A stretch of DNA of 64,000 nucleotides from an uncultured Nitrososphaeraceae archaeon (GCA_963779615.1 CAVZZA010000003.1:960001-1024000), one strand, 5' to 3'; shown: positions 45,073-56,268, numbered from the stretch's first letter. Numbers and translations: made by a program. Notes: generated from the letters alone by a model not told the origin.

Positions 45073-47298
45073 CTAGCAGGAGGTGCTAGTTTCGACATGG
45101 CATTGTTTTGCTGTTTTAGAACTGTGTTCTCCTTCCCATTCGTAACTTTGGGTATTGTTATTTTTTCTGACAACCCAAAAATCATAGTTTCCGCCGTCAC
45201 GGTCCCCTGCGCTGTTGAGTTTTATTTTGCCTGTTAGGCCATCAAATGACTCTGCGGTTTCAAAAACAATCTCCTTAAATGGCTTGGTTACGTTTCCAAT
45301 GTTGTTATTGTTCAAGGTATCATTTTTATAGAGGCTCAGCGAGGCTACCCAATATGAGTCATAGGCTGTTGCCGGATATGATATCGAACCTGCCTCATGT
45401 AACTCCTTGTCCAGTGCTTTTTTTAGGTCCAGTGTTTTTCCTGACTCACTATCTATCGAGTACAGGGGATTAGTAAAATTGGTTTGCATCGCAAAAAGTG
45501 CCGAATCACCATTCTTTGTTACGTGGGGGTTTTGTGCTATTTTATCGGCGCCATACCATCTCACCTTTCCCAATGTCTCATAAAGGGGCGCTTGGATCAA
45601 AATGGGTGTTATCTCGTCATAGGACACCGCATATACCCCCACAGATTTGGGCCCATATTTTTTTACCGAGTCAGAGACAATGGCATCTAATTTTTTTATT
45701 TCCTGGTTCCACATCAGGAAATTGATTCGGTGCAAGCTGGTGGCAAAATTCCCTGTATGGGGTTTATAGTTGACACCCGGTTCTACCTTCCCTCCCAGTT
45801 TCTCAAATTCGGACTTGGTGGCCTCATAAAGCCCATTTCCATAGATATCTCCCCTCCAAAACGGAACAATGACCTTTATGCCGTCCTGAATCATCCTTTC
45901 GGCAATTATTTTTCCCTGGTGTGTGTCGTCTGGAACCAGTCGAAAAAGGTTGTCTCCCTCTATGGAAAGTGATGGCGAAGTGCTGGCATAGCTGATTAGT
46001 ATGATGTTGTTTCTGTCAGCATACTCCTTTACTGCTGCTACCGCAGTACTTGTTGCCGGACCTATGATGATTTTTGCGCCATTCTCATGCAGTTTTTTTA
46101 TCGCCGTCAAACTTCCTTCCGCACTTGTCTTTGAATCAGCCATAAGGAGATTAAAACGGAATGAGGAATTGGCGATGTCCTGAAAATGCTTGTTCACGTC
46201 ATATTCAGCTTTTTCTAATGCCACCTTGATGGATTTGCCTATCGAGGAAAAGGAGCCGGTATAAGTAAAGATGGCGCCAACAACAAATTCCTTTGCTCCT
46301 TCACCATTGTTTGGAGATGATGGGGAAGATGGTGACGATGAGGATGAGGAGGGGTTTTGAATGCTGGATGCCTTTTTACTGATGAAATACTTGTCATCGC
46401 TGTTGGTGAAGGCATTTGTGGAGTACAGGCCAGCAACTATCAAAAGGGATGCCATGATAAAGGAATAAAGCAACATCCTTTTGGAGGCTCGATTTCTCAT
46501 GATTGACACAATCCTGTAAACAAGGTCCTTTGACTGCCATTTGATGTGGTGCCGCAGGTAATACACAATGCCTCCCGCAATCAGCAGGTAATGCGCGGAC
46601 AACAACAGCGCGGAGATCCATAACTGCTCAACAAAGGCAGTCAGGACAACAACCGCAAACCAGCTGTCTCCCACAACTACCGACAAAAGACCAACCAGTT
46701 CGCATACCCATGGGATAAAGTGGTGCCTTTCCTTCTTTATTTCAAGGAGGATCATCAAAGCCAGAACCGTCAAAACAGAATTTAGCGCGGGGTATGCTAT
46801 TGTGACAACAAAGAGCATAAGGCCCCTGAAGCTTGACGTTTCGTTCAGGGATACAGTCAGGTACAGTATGTATGCCAAAAACAGGCCTGAGCCCAAAATC
46901 AACAGGGAAATGACTTTCTTGTCTGTGATGTGGTCCAGACTTCTGTATGTTACCACTAGCCTGTATATCAGAAACCCGTATGCGGACAGCAGGAATATAT
47001 CCGCCAGGGAAGGGACGGGGGATACGACATCAAGCGCTATCTCATAATATCCCCAGACTATGTTCGCCAGAAACCACAAGACAAGGCCAAATGTCAGGAA
47101 AATTAGTGTTTTGTCCCTTTTGATGCTGACCCTGTCCTTAAGGAGAAGAATTACGGAAAGCCCTGCCGCAACAAGGGAGTTTATTATCAGCATCCAACTT
47201 GAATAGATGATTTTGCGGCTGGGTTCAGCGGAAACAATGATAAAATTTGCCGTGATGATCGCAATAATCACCGCCAAGAAAAAATACAGGGCCTTCAA
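45073..47298 (-). CDS. Multi-TM membrane domain fused to LivJ-type (branched-chain amino acid) substrate-binding domain
   Basis: About 9 hydrophobic segments then IIIGPATS, LISYASTSPSLS, NLFRLVPDD, YGNGL, AYDS, GLTG.IKLNSAGDR. Confidence 0.88.
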   Translation of the reverse strand: MKALYFFLAVIIAIITANFIIVSAEPSRKIIYSSWMLIINSLVAAGLSVILLLKDRVSIKRDKTLIFLTFGLVLWFLANIVWGYYEIALDVVSPVPSLADIFLLSAYGFLIYRLVVTYRSLDHITDKKVISLLILGSGLFLAYILYLTVSLNETSSFRGLMLFVVTIAYPALNSVLTVLALMILLEIKKERHHFIPWVCELVGLLSVVVGDSWFAVVVLTAFVEQLWISALLLSAHYLLIAGGIVYYLRHHIKWQSKDLVYRIVSIMRNRASKRMLLYSFIMASLLIVAGLYSTNAFTNSDDKYFISKKASSIQNPSSSSSSPSSPSSPNNGEGAKEFVVGAIFTYTGSFSSIGKSIKVALEKAEYDVNKHFQDIANSSFRFNLLMADSKTSAEGSLTAIKKLHENGAKIIIGPATSTAVAAVKEYADRNNIILISYASTSPSLSIEGDNLFRLVPDDTHQGKIIAERMIQDGIKVIVPFWRGDIYGNGLYEATKSEFEKLGGKVEPGVNYKPHTGNFATSLHRINFLMWNQEIKKLDAIVSDSVKKYGPKSVGVYAVSYDEITPILIQAPLYETLGKVRWYGADKIAQNPHVTKNGDSALFAMQTNFTNPLYSIDSESGKTLDLKKALDKELHEAGSISYPATAYDSYWVASLSLYKNDTLNNNNIGNVTKPFKEIVFETAESFDGLTGKIKLNSAGDRDGGNYDFWVVRKNNNTQSYEWEGEHSSKTAKQCHVETSTSC

Positions 47299-47310
47299 TA
47301 GTTCTCTTTT

Positions 47311-47652
47311 TCAATGACTATTAATATGTCTTGTAAATTTTTTTGTAAATGTTATCATATGGCATGACAGAGAATGTTGTTTGCAGGGCACCTTGAGCCA
47401 TTCGGGATCTTTCTGAATTTTCTCTTTTAGTGTTTTTGCCTGCTGCTTTAGGTCTTCCCCATTGACATTTGCAAACTCCATGAACATCTGTAGCCTTTTG
47501 GGATACTGCCTCTTTGTTTCAGGCGCCCTCAGAGCGTAGAGAAATTGCTGCAGCGGGTCGTCATGCTCATATGCGTTACTGTTTTCCCGATACGGTGAAA
47601 AAACTCTTTCGCTGTTGTTCAATCCTGATGTTTTTGTTGTGTGGCGGGCCAA
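47311..47652 (-). pseudogene. Tyrosine integrase N-terminal fragment immediately downstream of tRNA-Val
   Basis: DPLQQFLYALRAPETKRQYPKRLQMFMEF; truncated at about 47390. Confidence 0.8.
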
Positions 47653-47673
47653 ATTTGAGAACTATTAACAATA

Positions 47674-47748
47674 TGGGCCGGGTCGGATTCGGACCAACGA
47701 CCCCCGCCACGTCAAGGCGGTATCTTAACCAGGCTAGACCACCGGCCC
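47674..47748 (-). tRNA. tRNA-Val(GAC), intronless, CCA not encoded
   Basis: Acceptor GGGCCGG/CCGGCCC, anticodon stem CCGCC/GGCGG with loop TTGACGT, T stem GTTGG/CCGAC; upstream TTTTATATAA box. Confidence 0.93.
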
Positions 47749-48403
47749 CCTGCTATCTTCATATTTGTTCTCAAAGATCTTTATATAAAATTTGTGATTA
47801 CTAGTTTATTTTTCCTCACGATACATGAAAGTGCAGTGGTCTCCATAGCAAGTAGACTATAAGGTCGTTTTCAGCCTCCCCAATTCACAAAAAACATCTT
47901 TTGCCGAGACGGTTTATGTCTAGATCATTTGGAAAATTGATTGGCTCACAATCACAAAATAGTTAGGCCCAAAAGCATGGAGACCCGTTTTATAAAGTAC
48001 GGCAGGCATGTTCCAACACAGGGGCATTTGAAGATTACGGAAAATATTTGAAAGACAGTGTGATCAAGTTTTAACCATTGGATACCATTACCTTGAATAA
48101 TAACATATGTATCTCCCCTCAGGTACCGCAAAAGACAATGCTGTAAAATTTTAACTTGTAATTATCTGGATCCCTAATCTGGTGCACCCTTTTAACATGT
48201 GCATGGGTTCGGCCTGGGGGTGAACAGATGTAGCAGCATTTCTGTATTTGTACATTGCTGCCATATCACAACGAATGCATTTTTAACCTGGTTTTTACAG
48301 AGTGAAAAAGATGGACATGTTACTAAAACATCAACACAATAGGTCCTAGGTCTTTGCTCAAGCACACACACATGTTTGACTAAATAATGGGATGGTTACT
48401 GCT

Positions 48404-48427
48404 AAAAGCCACTTATGATTGGCTTTT
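48404..48427. terminator. Hairpin with T tract downstream of nurA
   Basis: AAAAGCCA-8 nt-TGGCTTTT, 20 bp after the nurA stop. Confidence 0.45.
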
Positions 48428-48447
48428 GAACCCTGCACCCACATGGT

Positions 48448-49329
48448 TTATTCATTTAGCGAATCCCTAGCACCGAACTCATTCTTTAGCCCATACACAC
48501 TTGCGATTCTTTTTACATCCACATTGGTAATTTTGCATGACTTGTGGGCCAGTTTCAAACAATAAGGATACCCGTTTATGCAATGGTAACAAAGCATATC
48601 CATTATGTTTTTCACATCATTTTCAGACAATGAGGGATTATTGACAATTTCAATCTTTATCAAAGGAACAAAAGGTGCTAGCCTGGCATAGATTTCCACA
48701 ACGTCCAAAACCCCCGAAAGATTGGAGTTGGTGTTGATGTTAGGCAAGCTAAACCCCGGATCAGAACCCAGCTTGTTAAAGTAATATATGTCAGCGGCTT
48801 TTGAGCCACATCCCTTGAATTGATTTTTGGTATTTGAATTTTTTGAGATAAACAAAATCAAAGAATCACCATTGTTTTTATCAAACAGATTTTGGATTTT
48901 ATTTGAGTAACGGGAGCTTTTGTTATGCAGCACATTGGATATGACTGACCCATCAATGCACAAGATATCCGGCTTTTTTTCCATACCGACAACCGAACTT
49001 GACAAATCAATTTCCATAGCCATTGCTTCTGAACTAAGCGAATCTCCGCTTATTGTGTTAACCCCATAATTCCATCCGGTAGACAAAACATGGTTAAAGG
49101 AGGTGATCGCAACACAATCTATCACAAAAAGATCGATACCCTGATATGATTTCTTGTTCCAGCTGCTGTCAACACCGACTGAAAACGTTTCCGTTTTTTC
49201 TGGCGAATATTCAACCCATTGGCTAGAGGCAATTTTTAAAACATCAGGAAACGAATCATCATGTATCAAGGATAATTTTTTTTCTTTGTTTTTGATGGCG
49301 TCAAGGTAAAGATCCGACAGCAACAGCAT
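48448..49329 (-). CDS. nurA: DNA double-strand break repair nuclease NurA
   Basis: GVDSS, CIDGS, FISKNS, GYPYCLKLAH..CKIT. Confidence 0.9.
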   Translation of the reverse strand: MLLLSDLYLDAIKNKEKKLSLIHDDSFPDVLKIASSQWVEYSPEKTETFSVGVDSSWNKKSYQGIDLFVIDCVAITSFNHVLSTGWNYGVNTISGDSLSSEAMAMEIDLSSSVVGMEKKPDILCIDGSVISNVLHNKSSRYSNKIQNLFDKNNGDSLILFISKNSNTKNQFKGCGSKAADIYYFNKLGSDPGFSLPNINTNSNLSGVLDVVEIYARLAPFVPLIKIEIVNNPSLSENDVKNIMDMLCYHCINGYPYCLKLAHKSCKITNVDVKRIASVYGLKNEFGARDSLNE

Positions 49330-49857
49330 TTAGACGACCCTTCAAACTTATTTATTTATCCATCTACTTGAACACCATCACCATCATATTCGGTGGGCCT
49401 GCAGCAAATAATTCCGCATTGTTTCAATCTTTTTTTGTTGAGTTGAATCTTATCCTTGCATGCAAAAAATGATGTTCGTTTTGTTGATGTGCTCTTTATT
49501 TTGTATATGTTACAGATCATGTCTGAAACACCATGGTTTTATCTATAAACCACATGTCCCAAAGAGACACTTCATCATTGTAGAGTTTTGGGACCGTTTT
49601 TTATCCGGTGTATCCAAGGCGCTGTTTAGGTGCACCGATACAACCTGCACCACAATCACAAAATATAACAAAACTACCAAAAGAATCTGATAGCTATACT
49701 CTTTCTTAAATCAGCCAGTTTATAGTCAGATTAGTTGGTTTTTTCGTGCATCCCTTAAGGAGAAAAAACACTGTTGTTGTATCTTGGCAGACAACAAACT
49801 GTTTATCATTTTTAACAAAAAAAGCGTGAAAAACAATAGTAAGTGTGAGAAAGAAGG

Positions 49858-50595
49858 CTATTTTAATGGAAAATTCAAACTAAACGGGGTGTCAGATGCC
49901 TGGGATTGTGTTCCCCGATGCAAAGAGGTTGAAACTGTTCCATTTACAACATATGATTTTGGCACAGTTTTGCCTGCGGACACACTGGAATTGGAAGGGG
50001 AATTGGTTGTGGAATTTTGGGTCAGGGTACCATTTGAATTAAGCAAAGAACTTCCGTCCTCAGACAGTGTCTGGCTATCTTTCAAGGTTATTGTTTGATT
50101 ACCTATGATTGGATAAACGGAACCGAGGGAGTCGATAAACCCTTCAGGCTTTGTGCCTATATCACCAGACGCTAATCTCACATTATCAAAATAAACACCA
50201 TAGGTCAGGGTTTCCAGAATCGCAGCACCCCTATTGGGGTTATATACATCAAATGAAAGCTGCAGTTTTGAAACATTTTTTACCGGTACAATGTCAACAG
50301 ACTTTAGCCCCACTACCAGATTGTCATAATTGGTTGAGGCTTTTTTTTGTTGTGGTTGTTGGTTTTGGTTTGGACTGTTTTTATTGGTTTCCTGGCCTGA
50401 AACGGCAATGTTTGAATTGGATGAAGGTGAAGGCTGTTTAACAGTATTGACTTTAGCACCAGTTTCGCTGTTGTTTACAGGAGAAACAGAATTTTCTGAA
50501 GGAAAAAAGCCAGAGTTAATAAAATAAAATGCGATTCCAATAATTAATATCACGATTCCAGCAGCATAGACAACCTTAGTGTTCATAAATATCAA
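49858..50595 (-). CDS. Membrane-anchored LEA type 2-like protein
   Basis: N-terminal TM; FDVYNPN..LETLTYGVYFDNVRLASG. Confidence 0.75.
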   Translation of the reverse strand: MIFMNTKVVYAAGIVILIIGIAFYFINSGFFPSENSVSPVNNSETGAKVNTVKQPSPSSNSNIAVSGQETNKNSPNQNQQPQQKKASTNYDNLVVGLKSVDIVPVKNVSKLQLSFDVYNPNRGAAILETLTYGVYFDNVRLASGDIGTKPEGFIDSLGSVYPIIGNQTITLKDSQTLSEDGSSLLNSNGTLTQNSTTNSPSNSSVSAGKTVPKSYVVNGTVSTSLHRGTQSQASDTPFSLNFPLK

Positions 50596-50674
50596 TTATT
50601 GTGACACGAGCCTATAAAATGGTTTAGAATAATCATTTTAAGATACAAACGGTAATCACCCTTGGGGGTACATT

Positions 50675-51493
50675 GTGGAACTGAACAGTGAGAACAACAA
50701 CTGGGATGCAGAGAACTACCACAGAGTTTCAACTGTCCAGGAATCATGGGCCACAGAGCTTTTGGAAAAAAGAAAAATTGGAGAGTATGAAGTGGTAATG
50801 GATGCCGGATGCGGAACTGGCAGGGTTACAGGAACAATAGCAAATGCCGTTAAAAAAGGCATGGTGTATGCGGTAGACATAGATGTCAACATGATAACAA
50901 AAGCTAAAGAAAACCTTAAGGATTTTTCAAACATCACATTCATTAAATCAGACATATCAGAAGTCAGGCTTCCTGAAAAAATAGATTTAGTATTCTCTAA
51001 CGCAGCAATACACTGGGTTTTAGATCACAAAAAGCTGTTTTCCAATTTCTGGGAATTGCTAAAACCAAATGGGGAGTTGTTGATTCAATGTGGGGGTAAG
51101 GGAAATTTAGAATTGGTTCGTACCATATTGGAAAAACTCAGGAAAAGCAACACATTTAAACACTTTTTTGCAGATTGGAAAAGCCCATGGAATTTTGCAT
51201 CCCCTGCAGACGTAAAAAAGACACTGAATGACACAGGATTTAACGATACTCAAGCACAGTTAAAAAAAAAGACAGCAAAGTTTGAAAACCATGAGGAATT
51301 TATGCTGTTCATGAAAACAGTTGTTATGAAACCCTATTTGGCGTATCTACCAGCAAACAACAACAACGAAACCTGGAATTCATTTATAGAGGAGTTTGTA
51401 AATGAGCTAACAAAAAACCAAAACACAGACAAGAAAGCGGATGTTGATTTAAAGTTACAGTATGTCAGATTGGATATAACTGGAAGGAAATGA
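50675..51493 (+). CDS. Class I SAM methyltransferase (trans-aconitate methyltransferase-like)
   Basis: WDAENY, DAGCGTG, DLVFSNAAIHWV. Confidence 0.88.
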   Translation: MELNSENNNWDAENYHRVSTVQESWATELLEKRKIGEYEVVMDAGCGTGRVTGTIANAVKKGMVYAVDIDVNMITKAKENLKDFSNITFIKSDISEVRLPEKIDLVFSNAAIHWVLDHKKLFSNFWELLKPNGELLIQCGGKGNLELVRTILEKLRKSNTFKHFFADWKSPWNFASPADVKKTLNDTGFNDTQAQLKKKTAKFENHEEFMLFMKTVVMKPYLAYLPANNNNETWNSFIEEFVNELTKNQNTDKKADVDLKLQYVRLDITGRK

Positions 51494-51592
51494 CGAAATC
51501 AATGATGAGAAAGAAAAACCACGGTTAACAATGGATCATCTTTTTTATCAACCCTCAACAGACAGAAAAAAAACTATTGGGAACCTAAAAAA

Positions 51593-52717
51593 TCAAAGCA
51601 TAGAGTCAGGCAATTTGTTATTCAGGTAATCTCTGACCGGGGAAATTATTTCGTTAAGGTACCGGGAGGTCGTCAGTTTGAGATCTTTGGGATGGATTTT
51701 GTTTTGCTCATAGTCTTTTTCAATTTCCATATAGGAGCGATAGGACACATTACCGCCATATTTTGATGGCCGCTCCACGATAAACTCATCATACTGATGA
51801 AAAATTATGTATTTAATTATTTCAAGAATCGGGTTATCCTTGGAAGTTCCCAACGGGCAATAAGATTTGTTTATTTTATGGCAAATATCTTGTTCGCTGT
51901 CATGGACCAAAATGCTGCTCGAGGGATTGCTCTTGCTCATTTTGCTAAAAACTTTCGAGTCATCAAAGTTCCCTTCGGTATTTGAAATATTAGTTAATGA
52001 CACATCCATGACTCCTGCTGATGACGAGGGTGGTGGTGATGGTGGTGGTAGAGCCGATATCGGGGCAGCAGGCTCAGAGAGTCCAGGCAGGAGATGGTGG
52101 TGCACAGAAACAGGAGTTTTCCAATTGAGTTTTGGGAACACCTCCCTGACCAGCATGTGAATTTTCCTTTGATCGGTTCCCGCGTGCACAATGTCTAAAT
52201 CAAGTGCTTTAATGTCCACAGATTGCATGGAGGGGTAAAGAAGTTGGGAAAAATCCAAGGCGTCTTTTTCGGTTCTTCCCATGATAGTCAAAGACCGCAG
52301 TGTTCTTGCAAGGGTAATCTGTTTTGAGAAAAGGACAAAATTTTTCCAATAGTCATCTGTTTCCGCATAAAGGCTGGTTCCAAAAATTACATTAACACCA
52401 GGGCAAAAAAAGGCAAAAGCCTTTTCATAGTATCTTGAAATTTCCGATATCAGGTCCCAGTCGTTATTTAATTTATTGTTAATATAAGTATGCCAATCGG
52501 CCAAAAAAACATGTGATTTGATGCCGGCTTTTATAAAGTCATTGATTTTAAAGCCGGTAAGGATCAAGCTTCCTAAATGCAACTTGCCGGAGATTTCCAA
52601 TCCTATATAGTGTTTAGGCGAAGATTTGGTTTCAAACAAGGTTCTCAATTCATTCATGGTAACCACCTCTTCTGTAGGGGGTCTTTGAACCAGAGATATT
52701 TTTTCCTCAACATCCAT
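51593..52717 (-). CDS. tyrS: Tyrosine--tRNA ligase (archaeal type)
   Basis: YIGLEISGKLHLGS, YPSMQSVD, GTDQRKIHM, KMSKS. Confidence 0.96.
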   Translation of the reverse strand: MDVEEKISLVQRPPTEEVVTMNELRTLFETKSSPKHYIGLEISGKLHLGSLILTGFKINDFIKAGIKSHVFLADWHTYINNKLNNDWDLISEISRYYEKAFAFFCPGVNVIFGTSLYAETDDYWKNFVLFSKQITLARTLRSLTIMGRTEKDALDFSQLLYPSMQSVDIKALDLDIVHAGTDQRKIHMLVREVFPKLNWKTPVSVHHHLLPGLSEPAAPISALPPPSPPPSSSAGVMDVSLTNISNTEGNFDDSKVFSKMSKSNPSSSILVHDSEQDICHKINKSYCPLGTSKDNPILEIIKYIIFHQYDEFIVERPSKYGGNVSYRSYMEIEKDYEQNKIHPKDLKLTTSRYLNEIISPVRDYLNNKLPDSML

Positions 52718-52776
52718 GATAAAAAAACTAATTGTTAACTGTCATTATAAATCATTTAATTTAGCATTTCAACATC

Positions 52777-53976
52777 TTACTTTATTTTCATTTTGCTTTG
52801 CTTATTCTTTGGACCAGTGATTTTTTTTGAAAAATTCTTGATCTGCTCCTCTAAAGAAAAGGACTCAGGATGCCCTGTACCGAATCTAGAAAAATCATCC
52901 AAATTGCCAGAATATGCAATGGAAGACAGTTCATCATAATTTAATCCAATAAATTTTTTCCTCAACCGATATTTTTTATCCATAGACAAATAAAGATAAT
53001 TTTCCAAAATTCCCTCTCTGAGACCAGAAGGACAGACAAGCAAATCATCAAAACCCAATTTTTCCATCAATATTTTAACCACACAACTGCCTGTAGTAAT
53101 TATTTTAGATCGTTCAGGGTCAATCAATTTTATTTGTGACAATTCTTCTTGAGAAAGTCTTTTAAAAACATCATTTGAAATATCCACCATTTTTTTAGTC
53201 ATTGTAACATGGTTATAAGAGAATGATCGGGAATTGTGAAAAATTCCGGATATAAATTTATAGATTGTCCTAACTGTTCCCCCTATTCCAACCAACTTTG
53301 TGTCTACTGGCTTATCAATACCAAAGTGGTCAGGAGTTGGAAGGTTTTTGTAAACATAATCTTCTAGCTGCCTATATCCTGTTTCTTCATCTAGTTTTTC
53401 GTTGAATTTTACAAACTTTTCAAATAGCCTCAATGCGCCAAGGTTAAGGCATATAATTTTTTTTATCTTGTAATCTTGAACATAAATTACCTCAATGCTC
53501 CCTCCACCCAAATCAAAAAATACTCCATCTGGAACATGCATGACAGATTGAGCACCAAGATATGAGAAAAAGCCTTCTTCAAATCCCGACAATACATTAA
53601 ACGCAAATCCAGAATTTTTTTTGATGGTTTGAACCACGTCCTTTTGGTTATACGCATCCCTTACCGCACTAGTGGCAATTGGAACAACAGTGTTGATTTT
53701 CATTTGTTTTGATTCGTTTTTGATCTTGTTGAGAAACTTCACAGTTCTCTCAATGTTTTGATCCTGAATTACATTTTTGTTTTTAAACAGATTATTACCA
53801 ATTTGAACATATCCTTGCTGTTGACCCTGTTTTTTATAATGACCGTTCTTGTAAATACCATAGTTAGAAACCTTGATAGAATTGTATCCGAGATCTATGA
53901 TGGAAAGACCCTCTTTCTTTTTTTTTACGCTTTTTAGATCATTATTCAATCCCGGCTCCAAATCTATAATACACAA
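52777..53976 (-). CDS. ppx: Ppx/GppA family exopolyphosphatase
   Basis: IIDLGYNSIK, ATSAVRDA, EEG, DLGGGS.E, GIGGT, GLREG. Confidence 0.9.
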   Translation of the reverse strand: MCIIDLEPGLNNDLKSVKKKKEGLSIIDLGYNSIKVSNYGIYKNGHYKKQGQQQGYVQIGNNLFKNKNVIQDQNIERTVKFLNKIKNESKQMKINTVVPIATSAVRDAYNQKDVVQTIKKNSGFAFNVLSGFEEGFFSYLGAQSVMHVPDGVFFDLGGGSIEVIYVQDYKIKKIICLNLGALRLFEKFVKFNEKLDEETGYRQLEDYVYKNLPTPDHFGIDKPVDTKLVGIGGTVRTIYKFISGIFHNSRSFSYNHVTMTKKMVDISNDVFKRLSQEELSQIKLIDPERSKIITTGSCVVKILMEKLGFDDLLVCPSGLREGILENYLYLSMDKKYRLRKKFIGLNYDELSSIAYSGNLDDFSRFGTGHPESFSLEEQIKNFSKKITGPKNKQSKMKIK

Positions 53977-54090
53977 AAAAACATCGATTTATTTAATTAT
54001 TTAACATAGATCATATAGAATCCACGCAATATTGCGAGTTGGTTGGTTGGTTGGTAAAGCAATAAAAAAAGGAGAGGAAAGGAAAAGAAA

Positions 54091-56268
54091 TTAACGGTAT
54101 TGTGAAAGAGTTACTTTTTCTCCCGGTTTCATTTCTCTTTGAGTTTTTATCTTTTTAACAGCATCTTCAAAATGCTTCATTGTAATATGGGCCTCTGATG
54201 CGTGCTTAGTGGCCTCCTCAGGACTGCTATATTTTTGAAGATACTCATGAAGTACCAAAGAAATAGCAGTATTAGCAACTGCAGACATGTCAGCACCACT
54301 GAAACCATCGGTAAGTTCGGCGATTCTTTGAAGGTTGACCTCAGAGGTAATTGGTTTTTCTTTTGCGTATATTTCTAAAATTTTCAATCGGGTATTGAGA
54401 TCAGGTTTAGGAACAAAAACGATTTTATCAAATCTTCCGGGTCTCAACAGGGCAGTATCAATCATATCGAGCCTATTGGTAGCAGCAATGACAACCACAC
54501 CTGTTAATTCCTGAATACCATCCATTTCTGTTAACAATTGTGAAACCATTCTTTCTGTTCCTGCATTGACACCTTCCATACCCCTAATCGGTGCGATGGA
54601 ATCAACTTCATCAAAGAAAACTACACAAGGGGCTGCTTGTCTTGCACGTCTAAATATCTCCCTGACACCACGTTCAGATTCACCAATCCATTTGGAAAGT
54701 AGCTCCGGACCTTTCACACTGATAAAGTTAGCTTCTGATTCTGTTGCAACTGCTTTAGCAAGCATAGTTTTTCCGGTTCCAGAGGGCCCATGCATAAGGA
54801 TTCCTTTAGGTATCGAATGTCCTAATTTTGTGTAAAGATCAGGATACCTTAATGGCCATTCTACGGCCTCTTGCAATTCTCTCTTAACCTCATCTAGGCC
54901 ACCAATGTCACCCCACTCTACATCCGGAGATTCCAGATATACCTCCCTCATGGCAGAGGGCATTACTTCCTTTATAGCATTATCAAAATCGGACTTGGTA
55001 ATAATTAATTTTTCAAGTGTTTCTGGAGGAATTTTTTCATCCTCCAGGTTAAGTTCTGGCAACAATCGACGCAGGCATTTCATGGCTGCCTCTTTACACA
55101 GATATTCAAGGTCTGCACCAACAAACCCATGAGTAACTGATGCAATTTTTTCCTGATTGACATCTGGATCTAACGGCATATTCCTTGTATGGATTTGAAG
55201 AATTTCCAGTCTGCCGCGCTTGTCAGGCACTTTAATTTCTATTTCCCTGTCAAACCTGCCAGGTCTCCTAAGAGCAGGATCAATGGCATTTTGTCTGTTG
55301 GTGGCGGCAATTACAATGACTTTACCCCTGGCCTCAAGGCCATCCATCAATGATAATAACTGGGATACCACCCTTCGCTCAACCTCTCCTGTCACTTCTT
55401 CTCTTTTTGGCGTTATTGAATCAATTTCATCGATAAATATGATTGAAGGGGCTTTTTCTTTGGTTTCCTTGAATATCTCACGAAGTCTTGCTTCCGACTC
55501 ACCGTAGAACTTGCTCATAATCTCAGGACCAGAGATGCTTATAAAGTGTGCATTACTCTCATTGGCTACTGCCTTGGCAAGCAGTGTTTTACCTGTGCCT
55601 GGAGGACCGTATAATAACACACCCTTTGGCGCCTCTATGCCCAGTTTTTCAAATATCTCAGGATGGCGTAAAGGCAATTCAATCATTTCACGCACTTTTT
55701 GAATTTCGTCTTTTAACCCTCCAATGTCTTCATAGGTAACCTGAGGCACACCACGCAGTGTTTCACCGCGTTCGGCAATATGGAAAACTGTTTTTTGTGT
55801 GACTAGAACGGCATCAACACCAGGTCCCGGCGTAACCCCTATAACTTGAAAGGTAAGTCTACCGCCAAAATATGGCACCATAACATTATCGCCTTTAATC
55901 AATGGAACGCTTTCAAGAGCATCAGCTAGATACCTTTCATCTATTGGGGGAATAGCCTCCAATGGCGCAACAATGACTTTTTCTGCAGGAACAGCTTTGA
56001 TCTTCCTAACCATTACAGTATCTCCAATAGCTATACCCGCGTTGTTTCTAACAAGCCCATCTACCCTGATTATGCCTTTTCCTTCATCTGATGGATAGAG
56101 TGGCAGGCATTTTGCAACAGTCTTACGCTTTCCTTTTATTTCCACTACATCTCCTGTAGATGCACTCAATGAATCCATAGAATCATAATCAATTCTAGCA
56201 ACTCCACGGCCGACATCTCGGGTATAAGCTTCAAGCACCTTTAGAGAAAGGTTATTACTCTGAGACAT
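54091..56268 (-). CDS. cdc48: CDC48/VCP-family AAA ATPase
   Basis: Two AAA modules ([16 protein letters not shown]), N-domain, ALRRPGRFD. Confidence 0.97.
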   Translation of the reverse strand: MSQSNNLSLKVLEAYTRDVGRGVARIDYDSMDSLSASTGDVVEIKGKRKTVAKCLPLYPSDEGKGIIRVDGLVRNNAGIAIGDTVMVRKIKAVPAEKVIVAPLEAIPPIDERYLADALESVPLIKGDNVMVPYFGGRLTFQVIGVTPGPGVDAVLVTQKTVFHIAERGETLRGVPQVTYEDIGGLKDEIQKVREMIELPLRHPEIFEKLGIEAPKGVLLYGPPGTGKTLLAKAVANESNAHFISISGPEIMSKFYGESEARLREIFKETKEKAPSIIFIDEIDSITPKREEVTGEVERRVVSQLLSLMDGLEARGKVIVIAATNRQNAIDPALRRPGRFDREIEIKVPDKRGRLEILQIHTRNMPLDPDVNQEKIASVTHGFVGADLEYLCKEAAMKCLRRLLPELNLEDEKIPPETLEKLIITKSDFDNAIKEVMPSAMREVYLESPDVEWGDIGGLDEVKRELQEAVEWPLRYPDLYTKLGHSIPKGILMHGPSGTGKTMLAKAVATESEANFISVKGPELLSKWIGESERGVREIFRRARQAAPCVVFFDEVDSIAPIRGMEGVNAGTERMVSQLLTEMDGIQELTGVVVIAATNRLDMIDTALLRPGRFDKIVFVPKPDLNTRLKILEIYAKEKPITSEVNLQRIAELTDGFSGADMSAVANTAISLVLHEYLQKYSSPEEATKHASEAHITMKHFEDAVKKIKTQREMKPGEKVTLSQYR

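Noticed and set aside
47514-47804. 96-aa ORF across the tRNA
   Set aside because: Antisense to the tRNA and integrase fragment
54038-54055. (TTGG)x4 microsatellite after cdc48
   Set aside because: Short simple repeat in a terminator region with no further structure
54566-55739. Plus-strand ORFs inside cdc48
   Set aside because: Antisense shadows of a conserved gene
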